64,000 bases of DNA from Planctomycetota bacterium (GTDB lineage Bacteria > Planctomycetota > UBA1135 > UBA2386): the NCBI GenBank assembly GCA_947501605.1, contig CANMWZ010000001.1, positions 224,001 through 288,000 of the forward strand, read 5' to 3'. Shown here piece by piece: positions 9,862 through 24,171 of the stretch. The notes below the pieces were generated by a model, which saw only the letters and a program-made list of their open reading frames with translations, had not been told where the DNA came from and ran no database searches. Position numbers and translations under genes: made by a program. Numbering within the stretch: position 1 is the first letter of the stretch; each line of letters starts with the position of its first letter.

Positions 9862-10257
9862 TCAGTCGACGGTGCAAAGGACCTCACCGCCCAAACGCCG
9901 CTGCCGGCATTCGCGATCGGAGAGGATTCCCTGATTGGTGGAAACGACGGCGATGCCTAGACCGCCACGAACCTTCGGAAGGTCGTCGACGCCGCGGTAG
10001 CGGCGGCAGCCAGGCTTGCTGAAGCGAGCAATCGTAGAGATCACTTGCTCACCTTCCGGTCCGTAGCGCAGGCGAACCTGAATCACGGAACGAGGTCCAT
10101 CGGCGGATACCGCATAGGAGTCGATGTATCCCTCGCGCTTTAGCACTTCGAGAATACCTACCTTAAGGCGGCTACCAGGAACTACACAGTTCGCCGCACG
10201 ACGTGAACCCGCATTGCGGATGCGCGTGAGCATGTCGGCGATCGGATCGGTCATCAT
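9862..10257 (-). CDS. rpsH: 30S ribosomal protein S8
   Basis: TDPIADMLTRIRNA; GLGIAVVSTNQG. Confidence 0.99.
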   Translation of the reverse strand: MMTDPIADMLTRIRNAGSRRAANCVVPGSRLKVGILEVLKREGYIDSYAVSADGPRSVIQVRLRYGPEGEQVISTIARFSKPGCRRYRGVDDLPKVRGGLGIAVVSTNQGILSDRECRQRRLGGEVLCTVD

Positions 10258-10270
10258 GGCTGAAGTCCTC

Positions 10271-10456
10271 CTACCACGAAGCCTTGCGCACGCCGGGGAT
10301 CTCCCCCTGCAGCGCCAGAAGTCGGAAACAGCACCGGCAGATGCCGAACTTTCGATAGTACGCGCGAGCTCGCCCGCACAGCTGACAGCGGTTGTATCGC
10401 CGAGAAGAGAACTTCGGCTCCTGCTGCTGCTTCACTCTCAAGCACTTCTTTGCCAT
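10271..10456 (-). CDS. rpsN: 30S ribosomal protein S14, type Z (Zn-binding)
   Basis: 61 aa, RCQLCGR...ICRCCFR...PGVRKASW. Confidence 0.99.
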   Translation of the reverse strand: MAKKCLRVKQQQEPKFSSRRYNRCQLCGRARAYYRKFGICRCCFRLLALQGEIPGVRKASW

Positions 10457-10458
10457 GA

Positions 10459-11019
10459 CTACTTCCTGAATGGCATGCCGAGGTTACTGAGCAGCGATTG
10501 GCCTTCCTTGTCGGTCGGCGCACTCGTCACGAATGTGATGTCCATACCTTGGACGAACTCGACTTTGTCGAGTTGAATCTCAGGAAAGACACTCTGCTCA
10601 GAAAGACCCATGGTGTAGTTACCGCGCCCATCAAGCTTGGTCGGCAGGCCGCGGAAGTCGCGGATGCGCGGGATGGCAAGCGTGATGAGACGGTCGATGA
10701 ATTCCCACATGCGATCGCCGCGCAGCGTAACTGCGACACCGATCGGATATCCCTCACGCAGTTTGAAGGTCGCCACAGACTGACGTGCCTTGCGGATGAG
10801 CGGCTTTTGACCGACGATCGCAGTCATGTCCTTGACGGCGGCTTCGATGCGAGCCTTGTTGTTGACGGCTTCGCCAACACCCATGTTGACCACGACCTTG
10901 ACAAGGCGCGGGACCATCATCGCGTTCGGGTAGTTGAATTCCTTGAACAGGGCCGGAACGACCTTGTCTCGGTACTTCAACTGCATCCGTGGCGGAGTCT
11001 TCTTGGCGGTAGCTGTCAC
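10459..11019 (-). CDS. rplE: 50S ribosomal protein L5
   Basis: [31 protein letters not shown]. Confidence 0.99.
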   Translation of the reverse strand: MTATAKKTPPRMQLKYRDKVVPALFKEFNYPNAMMVPRLVKVVVNMGVGEAVNNKARIEAAVKDMTAIVGQKPLIRKARQSVATFKLREGYPIGVAVTLRGDRMWEFIDRLITLAIPRIRDFRGLPTKLDGRGNYTMGLSEQSVFPEIQLDKVEFVQGMDITFVTSAPTDKEGQSLLSNLGMPFRK

Positions 11020-11061
11020 GACTTCCTCGATTTGCTGGCTTGGGTCACGAGCACACGGGGC

Positions 11062-11412
11062 TCAGTCGAACTTGGTTCCACATTTCACACCCACGCGCAC
11101 CGACTTTCCGTCGGCCCGCTGGTTGCGAACACGAGTGCCGCGCTTCAGCGACTCGCTGAAGAGCAACACCTTGCTAGAGGGGATTGGCATCTCAAGCTGG
11201 ACACGGCCACCCTTGGGGTTCTGTTGTGTCCGCTTCTGGTGCTTCCACCGAAGGTTGACACCCTGAACTACGATCTTGCCATCTTCCACGAGGACCTTCA
11301 GGACTTCCCGAGGCTCGTCAGACTTGTACTGGCCAGAAATCACGACAACCTTGTCGCCCTTGCGGACGTGCATGCGCACGCGCTTCTTGGTGTGGTCCTT
11401 GGCGAAGAGCAT
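11062..11412 (-). CDS. rplX: 50S ribosomal protein L24
   Basis: HVRKGDKVVVISG; VQGVN..KHQK..QNPKGG. Confidence 0.97.
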   Translation of the reverse strand: MLFAKDHTKKRVRMHVRKGDKVVVISGQYKSDEPREVLKVLVEDGKIVVQGVNLRWKHQKRTQQNPKGGRVQLEMPIPSSKVLLFSESLKRGTRVRNQRADGKSVRVGVKCGTKFD

Positions 11413-11780
11413 CAGACAACCTCCTCAGCGAGCGAGACGATCTTCATGAAGTTTCGGTCGCGCAACTCGCGGGCAACGGCCCCGAAGATGCGTGTACCAC
11501 GAGGGTTGCCATCCTTGTCGATGACTACCATGGCATTGCGGTCGAAGCGGACGTAGGAGCCGTCCGCACGACGCACCTGCTTGGACGTGCGTACGATCAC
11601 ACCCTTGACCTTCTCGTGCTCCTTGACCTCTCCGGTCGGGAGCGCGCGCTTGACAACGGCAATGATGACATCGCCGAGGCTCGCGTAGCGGCGGCCGCTA
11701 CCTCCGAGCACTTTGATGCACATCGCTCGCTTTGCGCCGGTGTTATCGGCGACGTCGAGCATCGACAGTTCCTGGATCAT
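11412..11780 (-). CDS. rplN: 50S ribosomal protein L14
   Basis: [30 protein letters not shown]. Confidence 0.99.
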   Translation of the reverse strand: MIQELSMLDVADNTGAKRAMCIKVLGGSGRRYASLGDVIIAVVKRALPTGEVKEHEKVKGVIVRTSKQVRRADGSYVRFDRNAMVVIDKDGNPRGTRIFGAVARELRDRNFMKIVSLAEEVV

Positions 11781-11873
11781 TGCGTTGGCCTCGTGCTGCG
11801 TTCGGTCAGAGTGCTCTCTGCGGAGTCAGTTCGTTTCGACTTGCGAGTGGTTAGTGATCAGACCTGCTGTTGA

Positions 11874-12164
11874 TCAGATCTGTTCTGGCGCGCGTTGCAC
11901 CACGCGAACCAGGCGCCACCGCTTCAGGGCCGACAACGGCCGGGTTTGCATTACTTCAACGATGTCGCCGACGCGGCCCTCGTTGTTCTCGTCGTGCGCA
12001 TAGAGCTTGGTGGTCTTGCTGACGAACTTCTCGTAGAGCGGGTGACGAACCTTTCGTTGCACCACAACCACGAGTGTCTTCTGCATCTTGTTCGAAGTGA
12101 CTTGACCTCGAACAACCTTTCGCTGTCGGCGAACTTCGCCGGCTTTTTCCTGAGGGGCGCTCAT
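11874..12164 (-). CDS. rpsQ: 30S ribosomal protein S17
   Basis: [27 protein letters not shown]. Confidence 0.99.
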   Translation of the reverse strand: MSAPQEKAGEVRRQRKVVRGQVTSNKMQKTLVVVVQRKVRHPLYEKFVSKTTKLYAHDENNEGRVGDIVEVMQTRPLSALKRWRLVRVVQRAPEQI

Positions 12165-12382
12165 TCTTTGCCTCCGGCCTTGCCTGCAGTCTGATCGCGC
12201 TCACAGAGCACCGTCATGATGCGTGCGATAGTACGACGAATCTCGCGATGCCGCGACGTCCGGGCCACCTGCTCGGTGGCGCCGTGAAAGCGCAGCTGGA
12301 ACTTCTCTTTACGCAACTCTGCAAGCTTGCCTTGAAGCTCACGCGAATCGACACCACGGATCTCGCCAATGGCCTTGCTCAT
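12161..12382 (-). CDS. rpmC: 50S ribosomal protein L29
   Basis: [13 protein letters not shown]...[11 protein letters not shown]; between rplP and rpsQ. Confidence 0.95.
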   Translation of the reverse strand: MSKAIGEIRGVDSRELQGKLAELRKEKFQLRFHGATEQVARTSRHREIRRTIARIMTVLCERDQTAGKAGGKE

Positions 12383-12792
12383 TAGAGGTGCCTCCGCCGC
12401 ACAAGGCGGCATTTCATGGGCAGCTTGTGGGCGACGCGATTGAATGCACGCTTCGCCACGTCTTCCGTAACACCATCCAACTCGTAGAGGATGACGCCCG
12501 GCTTGATGACCGCTGCCCAGTAGTCCACGTCACCCTTACCGGTACCCATTCGGGTCTCAGCAGGCTTCTTGGTTACAGACTTGTGCGGGAACACGCGAAT
12601 CCACAGCTTGCCCTCAGGAGCATTGCGGGTTGCAGCAACGCGGCCAGCTTCGATGACACGCGCTGGCAACCAGCCTGGCTCAAGAGCCTGAAGTCCGTAC
12701 TCACCGAAGGCTACTTCGGTTCCGCGCGTAGCGATGCCGCGGATCTTTCCGCGCATCTGCTTGCGCCACTTGGTTCTCTTTGGCATCAACAT
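12382..12792 (-). CDS. rplP: 50S ribosomal protein L16
   Basis: [24 protein letters not shown]. Confidence 0.99.
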   Translation of the reverse strand: MLMPKRTKWRKQMRGKIRGIATRGTEVAFGEYGLQALEPGWLPARVIEAGRVAATRNAPEGKLWIRVFPHKSVTKKPAETRMGTGKGDVDYWAAVIKPGVILYELDGVTEDVAKRAFNRVAHKLPMKCRLVRRRHL

Positions 12793-12810
12793 GGTCGGAT
12801 CCTCGAGCTA

Positions 12811-13494
12811 TCAGCTGACCTTCTCTACGGCCGGACGAATCGCCAGCAGGCCATTGGTCGTCTCTCCTGGGCCATACTCACCCTTGAAGATCCAGACCTT
12901 GCAACCAATCGAACCTGACTTGGTCGCACAAATCGCGAAGCCGTAATCCAGCTGCGCGCGGAGCGTCGTGCAGGGTACACGGCCCTTGCGGATGCCACCA
13001 ACCCGAGCCATCTCCGAACCTTGCAGTCGACCTGCGACTCGGATCTTGATGCCCTTGGCGCCTGCGGCGATAGAGGTCTCGGCGACCTTCTTCAACGCAC
13101 GACGATAGTTGATGCGCTTGCCGAGCTGCTCAGCCACGCCTTCGGCAACCAAATTGGCCTCCAGCTCTGGCCGGTGCACCTCGATGATCTTCATGCGCAC
13201 GGGCTTGCCAGTGAGCTTCTCAAGATCCTCGCGGAACTTGTCGACCTTAGCGCCCTTCTTGCCGATCAGGATGCCCGGGCGCGCCGTGTGCAAGAACACA
13301 GTAACCAGTTCCCCGGTGCGCTCGATTTCAACCTTCGGGATTGCTGCGAAAGCCCATTCCTTGCGGATGAACCTTCGAATCTTCTGGTCCTCCAGAAGGA
13401 AGCGCGCGAAGTCCTTTTTGCTCGCATACCACCGCGAACGCCAAGGCTCGGTGATGGCAATACGGAATCCGGTCGGATGGGTCTTCTGTCCCAT
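12811..13494 (-). CDS. rpsC: 30S ribosomal protein S3
   Basis: MGQKTHPTGFR; HTARPGILIGKKG; GCKVWIFKGE. Confidence 0.99.
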   Translation of the reverse strand: MGQKTHPTGFRIAITEPWRSRWYASKKDFARFLLEDQKIRRFIRKEWAFAAIPKVEIERTGELVTVFLHTARPGILIGKKGAKVDKFREDLEKLTGKPVRMKIIEVHRPELEANLVAEGVAEQLGKRINYRRALKKVAETSIAAGAKGIKIRVAGRLQGSEMARVGGIRKGRVPCTTLRAQLDYGFAICATKSGSIGCKVWIFKGEYGPGETTNGLLAIRPAVEKVS

Positions 13495-13497
13495 GGC

Positions 13498-13890
13498 TTA
13501 CTCGTCTCCCCCGCCAGTGGCGGAGCCCGCAGCAGGGGCCGCTTCGGCATCCGCTACGTGAATGTGAATGTGACAGGTGCGCTTCTTGATCGGCATCGCA
13601 CGTCCCTGTGGTCCTGGACGCATTCGAAAGCCACCCTGCAAGAGCGGGCCATCTTGGGCAAAGGTCTTGCTTACGACCAAGCGGTTGGCGCGCACCGTTG
13701 GATTCTGCAGTGCGTTCGCAACTGCGGAGGCAAGGACCTTGTAGATATAGTGCGCCGCGCGATGGCGGTCGTGCCGAAGGTCGTCAAGCGCCTGGTTGAC
13801 GCTACGACCTCGGATCAGGGCGAGAATGCGACGGGCCTTGTAGGCACCCATTCGCGCTCCGCGGTGTACGGCTCGGGTTTCGAAGCTCAT
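13498..13890 (-). CDS. rplV: 50S ribosomal protein L22 (alternative GTG start at 13896)
   Basis: KARRILALIRGRSV; SAVANA; QGRAMPIKKRTCHI. Confidence 0.96.
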   Translation of the reverse strand: MSFETRAVHRGARMGAYKARRILALIRGRSVNQALDDLRHDRHRAAHYIYKVLASAVANALQNPTVRANRLVVSKTFAQDGPLLQGGFRMRPGPQGRAMPIKKRTCHIHIHVADAEAAPAAGSATGGGDE

Positions 13891-13892
13891 GG

Positions 13893-14168
13893 TCACTCCG
13901 CTGATGCTTCCTTCTTGCTATGACCGCGGAACGTGCGCGTCGGGGCAAACTCGCCAAGGCGATGCCCGACCATGTCCTCGGTCACGTAAACCTTCAAGAA
14001 CACACGGCCATTGTGCACGTTGAAAGTGTGCCCGACGAACTCGGGGATGATGACTGTCGGACGCGACCAGGTCTGGATCGGATCCTTGGTGCCCTTCTTG
14101 TTCTGGGCCTCGACCTTTTTCATCAGCTTCTCGCTGATGTATGGGCCCTTCTTGATGCTGCGACTCAT
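13893..14168 (-). CDS. rpsS: 30S ribosomal protein S19
   Basis: [28 protein letters not shown]. Confidence 0.99.
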   Translation of the reverse strand: MSRSIKKGPYISEKLMKKVEAQNKKGTKDPIQTWSRPTVIIPEFVGHTFNVHNGRVFLKVYVTEDMVGHRLGEFAPTRTFRGHSKKEASAE

Positions 14169-14185
14169 GTCGTTGGATCTCCTGG

Positions 14186-15046
14186 TTACGACCCGCTGCC
14201 CACCGCGACGTGCTTGCCCGGCGGCCGGCGACGCAGAATGAACTGATTGCTGCGTGCCTTTCCACGCCGAGTCTTGCCGCCCTTGGCGAGCAAGCCCGTC
14301 GGAGAGCACGGATGGCGACCACCACCGCCGCGACCTTCACCGCCACCCATGGGGTGCGCGACTGGGTTCTGCGATGTTCCGCGGTTATGAGGACGGCGGC
14401 CCATGTGACGCACACGGCCAGCCTTACCCCAACGCACGTTCTGCCAGTCGCCGTTGCCGATGGATCCAATGGTCGCACGGCAGCGCACGTGGATCTTACG
14501 CATTTCGCCCGAGGGCATGATCACCGAGGCGTAATCGCCATCGCGAGCGAGCAGTTGGCAGGTGTTGCCAGCCGAGCGAGCGATCTGACCGCCCTTACCG
14601 GGTTGCATCTCCACATTGTGAATCTGGAGGCCCAACGGAATGGTCTCAAGTGGCATCGAGTTGCCCACATCCGGCTCGACCTTCTCACCGGACAGCACCT
14701 TCATGCCGACCTTCAGCCCCTTTGGAGCAAGAATGTAGCGCTTCTCCCCATCTGCATAGTGCAGAAGCGCAAGGTCTGCCGTTCGGTTCGGGTCATACTC
14801 GATCGCCGCCACGTTCGCCGGAACGCCATCCTTGTAGCGGAGGAAGTCGACCTTTCGGTAGATCTTGCGCGCGCCACCGCCGCGGAACCGCGACGTAATG
14901 TGCCCGTGAACGTTATGGCCCGTGTGATCCGAGATGCGGCTGGAGAGGGATTTCTCTCGGCGCTTACCCTTCGTCAGGTGCTTGAAATCAAGCACCGACG
15001 AGTTGCGGCGTCCTGCGGAGGTTGGCTGGTAGACCTTGACTGGCAC
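14186..15046 (-). CDS. rplB: 50S ribosomal protein L2
   Basis: [30 protein letters not shown]. Confidence 0.99.
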   Translation of the reverse strand: MPVKVYQPTSAGRRNSSVLDFKHLTKGKRREKSLSSRISDHTGHNVHGHITSRFRGGGARKIYRKVDFLRYKDGVPANVAAIEYDPNRTADLALLHYADGEKRYILAPKGLKVGMKVLSGEKVEPDVGNSMPLETIPLGLQIHNVEMQPGKGGQIARSAGNTCQLLARDGDYASVIMPSGEMRKIHVRCRATIGSIGNGDWQNVRWGKAGRVRHMGRRPHNRGTSQNPVAHPMGGGEGRGGGGRHPCSPTGLLAKGGKTRRGKARSNQFILRRRPPGKHVAVGSGS

Positions 15047-15076
15047 GGCTGTTTCCTGGGTATCTGGTTCCGCGGA

Positions 15077-15367
15077 TCAGACGGTCTCGAGCGAGTCGCC
15101 CTTTCGGAGCGTTACGATGGCCTTCTTCCAGGCACGCGTTTCGCCAGGTCGACCGAATGCTCGACGGCTCTTGCTCGGGGTATTCAGGATGTTGACCTTG
15201 ACCACCTTGACAGAGAACAGAGCCTCGATGGCCTTCTTGATCTCAGACTTGTTTGCGGTCGGGGCCACACGGAAGGAGTGCTGATTACGCAGACTCTGCA
15301 ACACCGTGGACTTCTCGGTCACGTGCGGACGACGCAGCAACTCGTAGAACTGGTTGATCTTGCTCAT
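15077..15367 (-). CDS. rplW: 50S ribosomal protein L23
   Basis: RPHVTEKS; ANKSEIKKAIE; WKKAIVTLRKG. Confidence 0.98.
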   Translation of the reverse strand: MSKINQFYELLRRPHVTEKSTVLQSLRNQHSFRVAPTANKSEIKKAIEALFSVKVVKVNILNTPSKSRRAFGRPGETRAWKKAIVTLRKGDSLETV

Positions 15368-16011
15368 CAGCGAGCTCCCTCGGCGGTCGGACTGCGACCG
15401 AAACGCTGCTTCATGGCCTCGAGCGCGGCTGGCGTGACAACCAGCCAACGACGCAACAACACCTGGTGCGCGTTCAGGTCCGCAACCGTGCAGACTTCTA
15501 CGAGCGGCAGATTGCGCAGCGAGCGCCACAAGGTGCGATCGTTCTCGTGCGTCACGACGGTCGTCCCGCGCCCCATGCCGACCTGCTCGAGCAGAGCTCG
15601 GGCGGCCTTCGTGTTTGGCTTACCCATTGGGAAGCCATCTACCACGGCAACCTCGCCGTCGCGGAACTTGGTGAAGATGGCATTGCGCACCGCCGCCCGA
15701 CGAGCCTGAATCGGCATCGCGTAGCTGTAGTCGCGCGGCCGAGGCCCCATCGTCACACCGCCACCACGCCAAAGGGGAGACTTGTCGGTACCCATACGGG
15801 CGCGACCAGTGTGCTTCTGCGGATAGAGCTTGTGGTTGGGACCACGGACCTCAGCACGAGTCTTGGTCTTGTGCGTGCCAGCCCGTGCGTTGGCCTCATA
15901 CATCACCACCGCGTCCTTCAGCGTACGGCCGAGAACGCGGGTACCAAACAACGAGGCATCGACGTCCGTCGCCTTGACGGACCCGCCCTGCAGGATCTTG
16001 ACCTCAGCCAT
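15367..16011 (-). CDS. rplD: 50S ribosomal protein L4
   Basis: GTHKTKTRAEV; QKHTGRARMG; WRGGGVTMGPRPRDY. Confidence 0.98.
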   Translation of the reverse strand: MAEVKILQGGSVKATDVDASLFGTRVLGRTLKDAVVMYEANARAGTHKTKTRAEVRGPNHKLYPQKHTGRARMGTDKSPLWRGGGVTMGPRPRDYSYAMPIQARRAAVRNAIFTKFRDGEVAVVDGFPMGKPNTKAARALLEQVGMGRGTTVVTHENDRTLWRSLRNLPLVEVCTVADLNAHQVLLRRWLVVTPAALEAMKQRFGRSPTAEGAR

Positions 16012-16041
16012 GGGTTCGCTCGCTTGGGTGCTGCGGGACGA

Positions 16042-16353
16042 TCAGCTCGTCGCCTTGATGCGAATGTCGACGCCAGCCGGCATGTTGAGCTTGCTCAACG
16101 CGTCCACGGTCTTGGTCGTCGGGTCGGAGATGTGAATCAGCCGCTTGTGCGTGCGGATCTCGAACTGTTCGCGGCTCTTCTTGTCGACGTGAGGGGAACG
16201 CAGCACGGTGTAACGCTCGATGCGAGTCGGAAGCGGCACAGGTCCGGCAACCCGTGCTCCAGTGCGCTTGCTGGTTTCCACGATGTCCAAGGCCGCTTGA
16301 TCAAGCGCCTCGTGGTCGTAGGCCTCCATTCGAATCTGGATTTTCTCCTGCAT
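16042..16353 (-). CDS. rpsJ: 30S ribosomal protein S10
   Basis: [31 protein letters not shown]. Confidence 0.99.
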   Translation of the reverse strand: MQEKIQIRMEAYDHEALDQAALDIVETSKRTGARVAGPVPLPTRIERYTVLRSPHVDKKSREQFEIRTHKRLIHISDPTTKTVDALSKLNMPAGVDIRIKATS

Positions 16354-16477
16354 GATCGAGCAGCCTTGGCGGTGTCGTTCTGGTCGGGCCGGGCTTCGCA
16401 AGCTTCTGCGAACGCAACCTCACTAGTCGCTTAGGGTTACATGAAACATGTGCTCCTAGAGACGCGAGGGGCCCGGC

Positions 16478-16506
16478 AAGATACAGATGCTGGCCCCGCC
16501 GGTCAA
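16478..16506 (-). promoter_or_regulatory. Putative sigma70 promoter of the S10 operon
   Basis: Minus strand TTGACC-N17-TATCTT upstream of rpsJ. Confidence 0.65.
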
Positions 16507-16518
16507 GCGTGCGTTCAC

Positions 16519-18543
16519 TCAATTCTGCGTGCCACCTGCAGGTTTGTCGCTGCCAGATCCGTCGCTCAGGCCTGCCGGCGCGAGACTGACGTCGCCTCGC
16601 CCCTTGGTTAGGGAGCGCAAGCGAGTCGGGTAGCCTAGGAATGAGCTCAACGCGCCCCGCGCTTGCACCTTCGAACCCAACCGGCCGCTGCTGACTTGAC
16701 GCACCACTGCTCCTCGAAGGTGCAGATCATCCAGAACCACCGACAGCGATTCTTCTGGGCACTGCACTGCCACGTCAACGGCGGGCTCCAGCACCTGCAG
16801 CACGGACTCCTCCACTGCCTTCTGGAGCGCGACGAGTACGGCCTGCGAGAGCAGGCTTGCACCTTCGGCTCCTTGGTCGGTCTCAACACGATGTACGGTC
16901 ACGCATAGCCGCGCTGGCGGTGCCCCGAAAGGGCCGCCGTCAGCCACTAGCTGCTCCAACTGAAGGTAGAGTCTGGAGGCGAAAGGAGAGTCAGCGATGG
17001 CCTGAACATCGATGATGACGGATTCGGTTTCGGCGAGCGGAGACAGGGAGACTTCGGCAGAGGCTCTAGCACCGCCGCCTGGGGAAGACACGGTCGCTGA
17101 CGCTCGGGTGGCCCGCAAAACTGTGACGCGGCAGGCAACCCGAGGGCGCCCGACTCTCACGTTGCAGCCGGTTCGTTCGCGCACACGCTCCGCGACGACC
17201 TCAAGATGCAGCTCCCCCATGCCTGCGACCAAAGGGAGCCCGGTCTCAGAATCGATGGATACCTTCAGGGTAGAGTCGTCGTCGCGGAGTTCGGCGAGGG
17301 CTCGATCCAAGGAGAGCCGTGAATCCGGCTCTTGCGGCTCAAACACCGCGGCCATGACGGGCAGGGGGAAATCCGCCATGGGCAGCCCTGCGCCAACGAA
17401 CCCCTCGTCGAAAAGAGTGTCCCCGGTCTGGACGACTCGAACGCCCGGCACCACAACGACGGCGCCTGGTCCCGCCGAGTCGATGACGGCGTGGTGGTTC
17501 GCATGCATAGCCCACAGTTCCTCAACCTCGAACTGTGCCCCTGTTCGCGAGTTGCGCACGCGACTCCCGCGCTGGATTCGACCCGCGAACACACGGACAA
17601 AGCTGCGCACCTCGGCGTCCTCGTGTTCGACCTTGAACACCAGGGCCTGGAGGGGCGCGTCAACGTCCGCCGGAGGAAACGCTGTCTCGAGACCCTGACG
17701 GTTCCGGTCACGAGGCGAGGGCAAGAACGCGCAGACCGCATCGAGCAGTTCTTCGACCCCGTGCCCCAGAAGGGCAGCTCCCGCCAACACCGGGACGATG
17801 CGGCCCTCGATGCAGCCACGCCGGAGAACCGCAACCAAGGCGTCGTCCGAGACCTTCGATCCGGCCACGAACTCGGCGAGAATGTGCTCGTCGAAGTCGG
17901 CGCAGAGTTCGATCATTCGCTCGCGGGCGATGTCCAATTGTCGCGCAAGGCGTTCCTCCTCCGAGACCGGAATCTCTCCCCGGAACCAGATCACAGTCCC
18001 AGTCAACGGCTCGCCAATTCCGGCGAAGACGCCCTCAGCATCGAAGAGGGGAACTGCGACAGGGACCGGCTGGCAGTCAAAGGCCTTGACGAGTGAACGA
18101 ACGGCCAGATCGAAGTCGGCTCCGGGGCGGTCCATCTTGTTGACAAAAACAAGACGCGCACAGAGCCAGTGATCCGCTTGGCCCCATACCGCTCGAGTCT
18201 GCGATTCGACACCCCGCACGGCATCAATCACCACGACAACCGCGTCGACTACCCGCAGGCTTCGGGCGACCTCCGCGGTGAAGTCGATGTGGCCCGGGGT
18301 GTCGACGATCTGCAGGTCGTGTTGTCGCCAGTTGACACGCGTCGCGGCAGCGAGGATGGAGATGCCTCGCTCCTGCTCCTGGCGCATCCAGTCCATCGCA
18401 GTGGTGCCCTCGTCAACTTCACCCACGAAGCGCCGGGCACCGGTTTGGAACAGGATGCGCTCGGTAAGAGTCGTCTTGCCTGCATCGATGTGCGCGACGA
18501 TGCCGAGCGTTCGCAGAGAATCGACCATGGGCTGGGTCGTCAT
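16519..18543 (-). CDS. fusA: Elongation factor G-like GTPase, highly divergent (EF-G paralog at the str-operon position)
   Basis: AHIDAGKTT, ERGISI, DTPGHIDF, NKMDR, GMGELHLEV, LEP; domains IV and V eroded. Confidence 0.85.
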   Translation of the reverse strand: MTTQPMVDSLRTLGIVAHIDAGKTTLTERILFQTGARRFVGEVDEGTTAMDWMRQEQERGISILAAATRVNWRQHDLQIVDTPGHIDFTAEVARSLRVVDAVVVVIDAVRGVESQTRAVWGQADHWLCARLVFVNKMDRPGADFDLAVRSLVKAFDCQPVPVAVPLFDAEGVFAGIGEPLTGTVIWFRGEIPVSEEERLARQLDIARERMIELCADFDEHILAEFVAGSKVSDDALVAVLRRGCIEGRIVPVLAGAALLGHGVEELLDAVCAFLPSPRDRNRQGLETAFPPADVDAPLQALVFKVEHEDAEVRSFVRVFAGRIQRGSRVRNSRTGAQFEVEELWAMHANHHAVIDSAGPGAVVVVPGVRVVQTGDTLFDEGFVGAGLPMADFPLPVMAAVFEPQEPDSRLSLDRALAELRDDDSTLKVSIDSETGLPLVAGMGELHLEVVAERVRERTGCNVRVGRPRVACRVTVLRATRASATVSSPGGGARASAEVSLSPLAETESVIIDVQAIADSPFASRLYLQLEQLVADGGPFGAPPARLCVTVHRVETDQGAEGASLLSQAVLVALQKAVEESVLQVLEPAVDVAVQCPEESLSVVLDDLHLRGAVVRQVSSGRLGSKVQARGALSSFLGYPTRLRSLTKGRGDVSLAPAGLSDGSGSDKPAGGTQN

Positions 18544-18668
18544 GCTCGCAGACCAGTTAGCAGCGAAGAAGAGTGGATGCTGCAGGCTGCCGCGTAACGC
18601 ATCTGCCCCTCGCCAGAGCAAGAGCCTTGCATCCGCGGGGTCCACAATAGCCTCCGCGAGCAGGCCCG

Positions 18669-18709
18669 AAAAAAATGCAGAAGGGCGTCGCCCCGAGGGG
18701 AAACGCCCT
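18669..18709 (-). terminator. Putative intrinsic terminator between rpsG and the EF-G-like gene
   Basis: Minus-strand hairpin AGGGCGTT-TCCCCTCGGGGC-GACGCCCT followed by TCTGCA and T7. Confidence 0.55.
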
Positions 18710-18813
18710 AATTTCGCGGAACCGACGATCCGGTCAGCGATCCGTGCAATCGATGCGACCGCGCACGAAGGCCGCTACGCGGAGATCGGGACTCCACAGC
18801 GGAGGCGATGCTC

Positions 18814-19287
18814 TCACCAAGCGAAGTGACTGTAGGCGCTATTCGCCTCGGCCATCTTGTGGACGTTGTCCTTCTTGGTCACAGCTGCGCCCTGGTTGTT
18901 GAACGCGTCAAAAATCTCTTCGGCGAGGCGCTTGCTCATCGGCTTGCCACGCTTCTCGCGAGTCATATCTACCAGCCAACGGATCGCCAAGCTCTGCTGG
19001 CGCCGACGGCTGACTTCCTTCGGTACCTGGTAGGTGGCGCCGCCGACTCGCTTGCTTCGAACCTCGACGCGCGGCTTGATGTTCTCAATCGCCTTGGTGA
19101 AGACCTCGACGGGGTCGCCCTCGCCGATCTTCTTCATCACAATCTCCATGGCGTCGTAGAAGATCCGCTGGGCGGTCGTCTTCTTGCCTTGGAGCATCAG
19201 CTTGTTGATCAACTTGCTCGCAAGCTTGTTGTCGAAGCGTGGGTCTCCCTTCAGGAAGACTTCAGTGGACTTGTAGGAGCGCGGCAT
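18814..19287 (-). CDS. rpsG: 30S ribosomal protein S7
   Basis: EVRSKRVGGATYQVP; HKMAEANSAYSHFAW. Confidence 0.99.
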   Translation of the reverse strand: MPRSYKSTEVFLKGDPRFDNKLASKLINKLMLQGKKTTAQRIFYDAMEIVMKKIGEGDPVEVFTKAIENIKPRVEVRSKRVGGATYQVPKEVSRRRQQSLAIRWLVDMTREKRGKPMSKRLAEEIFDAFNNQGAAVTKKDNVHKMAEANSAYSHFAW

Positions 19288-19346
19288 GGCGATTCAGGGA
19301 ATGCGTTGCAGTAGGGCCTGAGCTGAGACAACGGACAGGAACAGTG

Positions 19347-19721
19347 TCACTTCTTCGGACGCTTCGTACCGTACTTCGAACGGCTACGGCGACGATTTTC
19401 GACGCCGGATGCGTCGAGACTACCGCGCAGGATGTGGTAGCGGACGCCTGGTAGGTCGCGGACACGACCACCACGGACCAAGACGATCGAGTGTTCCTGG
19501 AGGTTGTGACCCTCACCAGGAATGTAGACCGTCGTCTCTTTGCCATTGCTCAGGCGCACACGAGCGATCTTGCGCAGTGCCGAGTTTGGCTTCTTTGGCG
19601 TCATCGTCTTGACCTGGAGGCAGACACCGCGCTTTTGCGGGCATCCATCCAGGACAGGCGACTTGCTCTTGTATTTGATCCGCTGGCGGCCCTTGCGGAC
19701 CAGCTGGTTGATCGTTGGCAT
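19347..19721 (-). CDS. rpsL: 30S ribosomal protein S12
   Basis: [33 protein letters not shown]. Confidence 0.99.
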   Translation of the reverse strand: MPTINQLVRKGRQRIKYKSKSPVLDGCPQKRGVCLQVKTMTPKKPNSALRKIARVRLSNGKETTVYIPGEGHNLQEHSIVLVRGGRVRDLPGVRYHILRGSLDASGVENRRRSRSKYGTKRPKK

Positions 19722-19757
19722 AGCTCAGGTCTTCGATCCGTACAAAACGGGGCGGGG

Positions 19758-19785
19758 AGAATACGGGAGAAAAGGCAGATTGCAA
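19758..19785 (-). promoter_or_regulatory. Putative sigma70 promoter of rpsL-rpsG
   Basis: Minus strand TTGCAA-N16-TATTCT, preceded by a GC hairpin downstream of rpoC. Confidence 0.5.
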
Positions 19786-19855
19786 CCCCGCGCCGCAGCT
19801 TGCGGGCGCAGGGTAGTGCGGGATGACGGAAACTCAGAGGGTGCTGAGCGGTGGA

Positions 19856-24058
<4,203 letters not shown>

Positions 24059-24171
24059 CGTGCCTGTCCTGGTTGTGGTGTCTCGCACTGCTGACCGTTA
24101 GGTTCAGCTGCCGCGCGAGACGGGTTCCGTGGAGTTGCGTTGCGAAGTGCCGGGCGAACCTGTGGGCCGGT

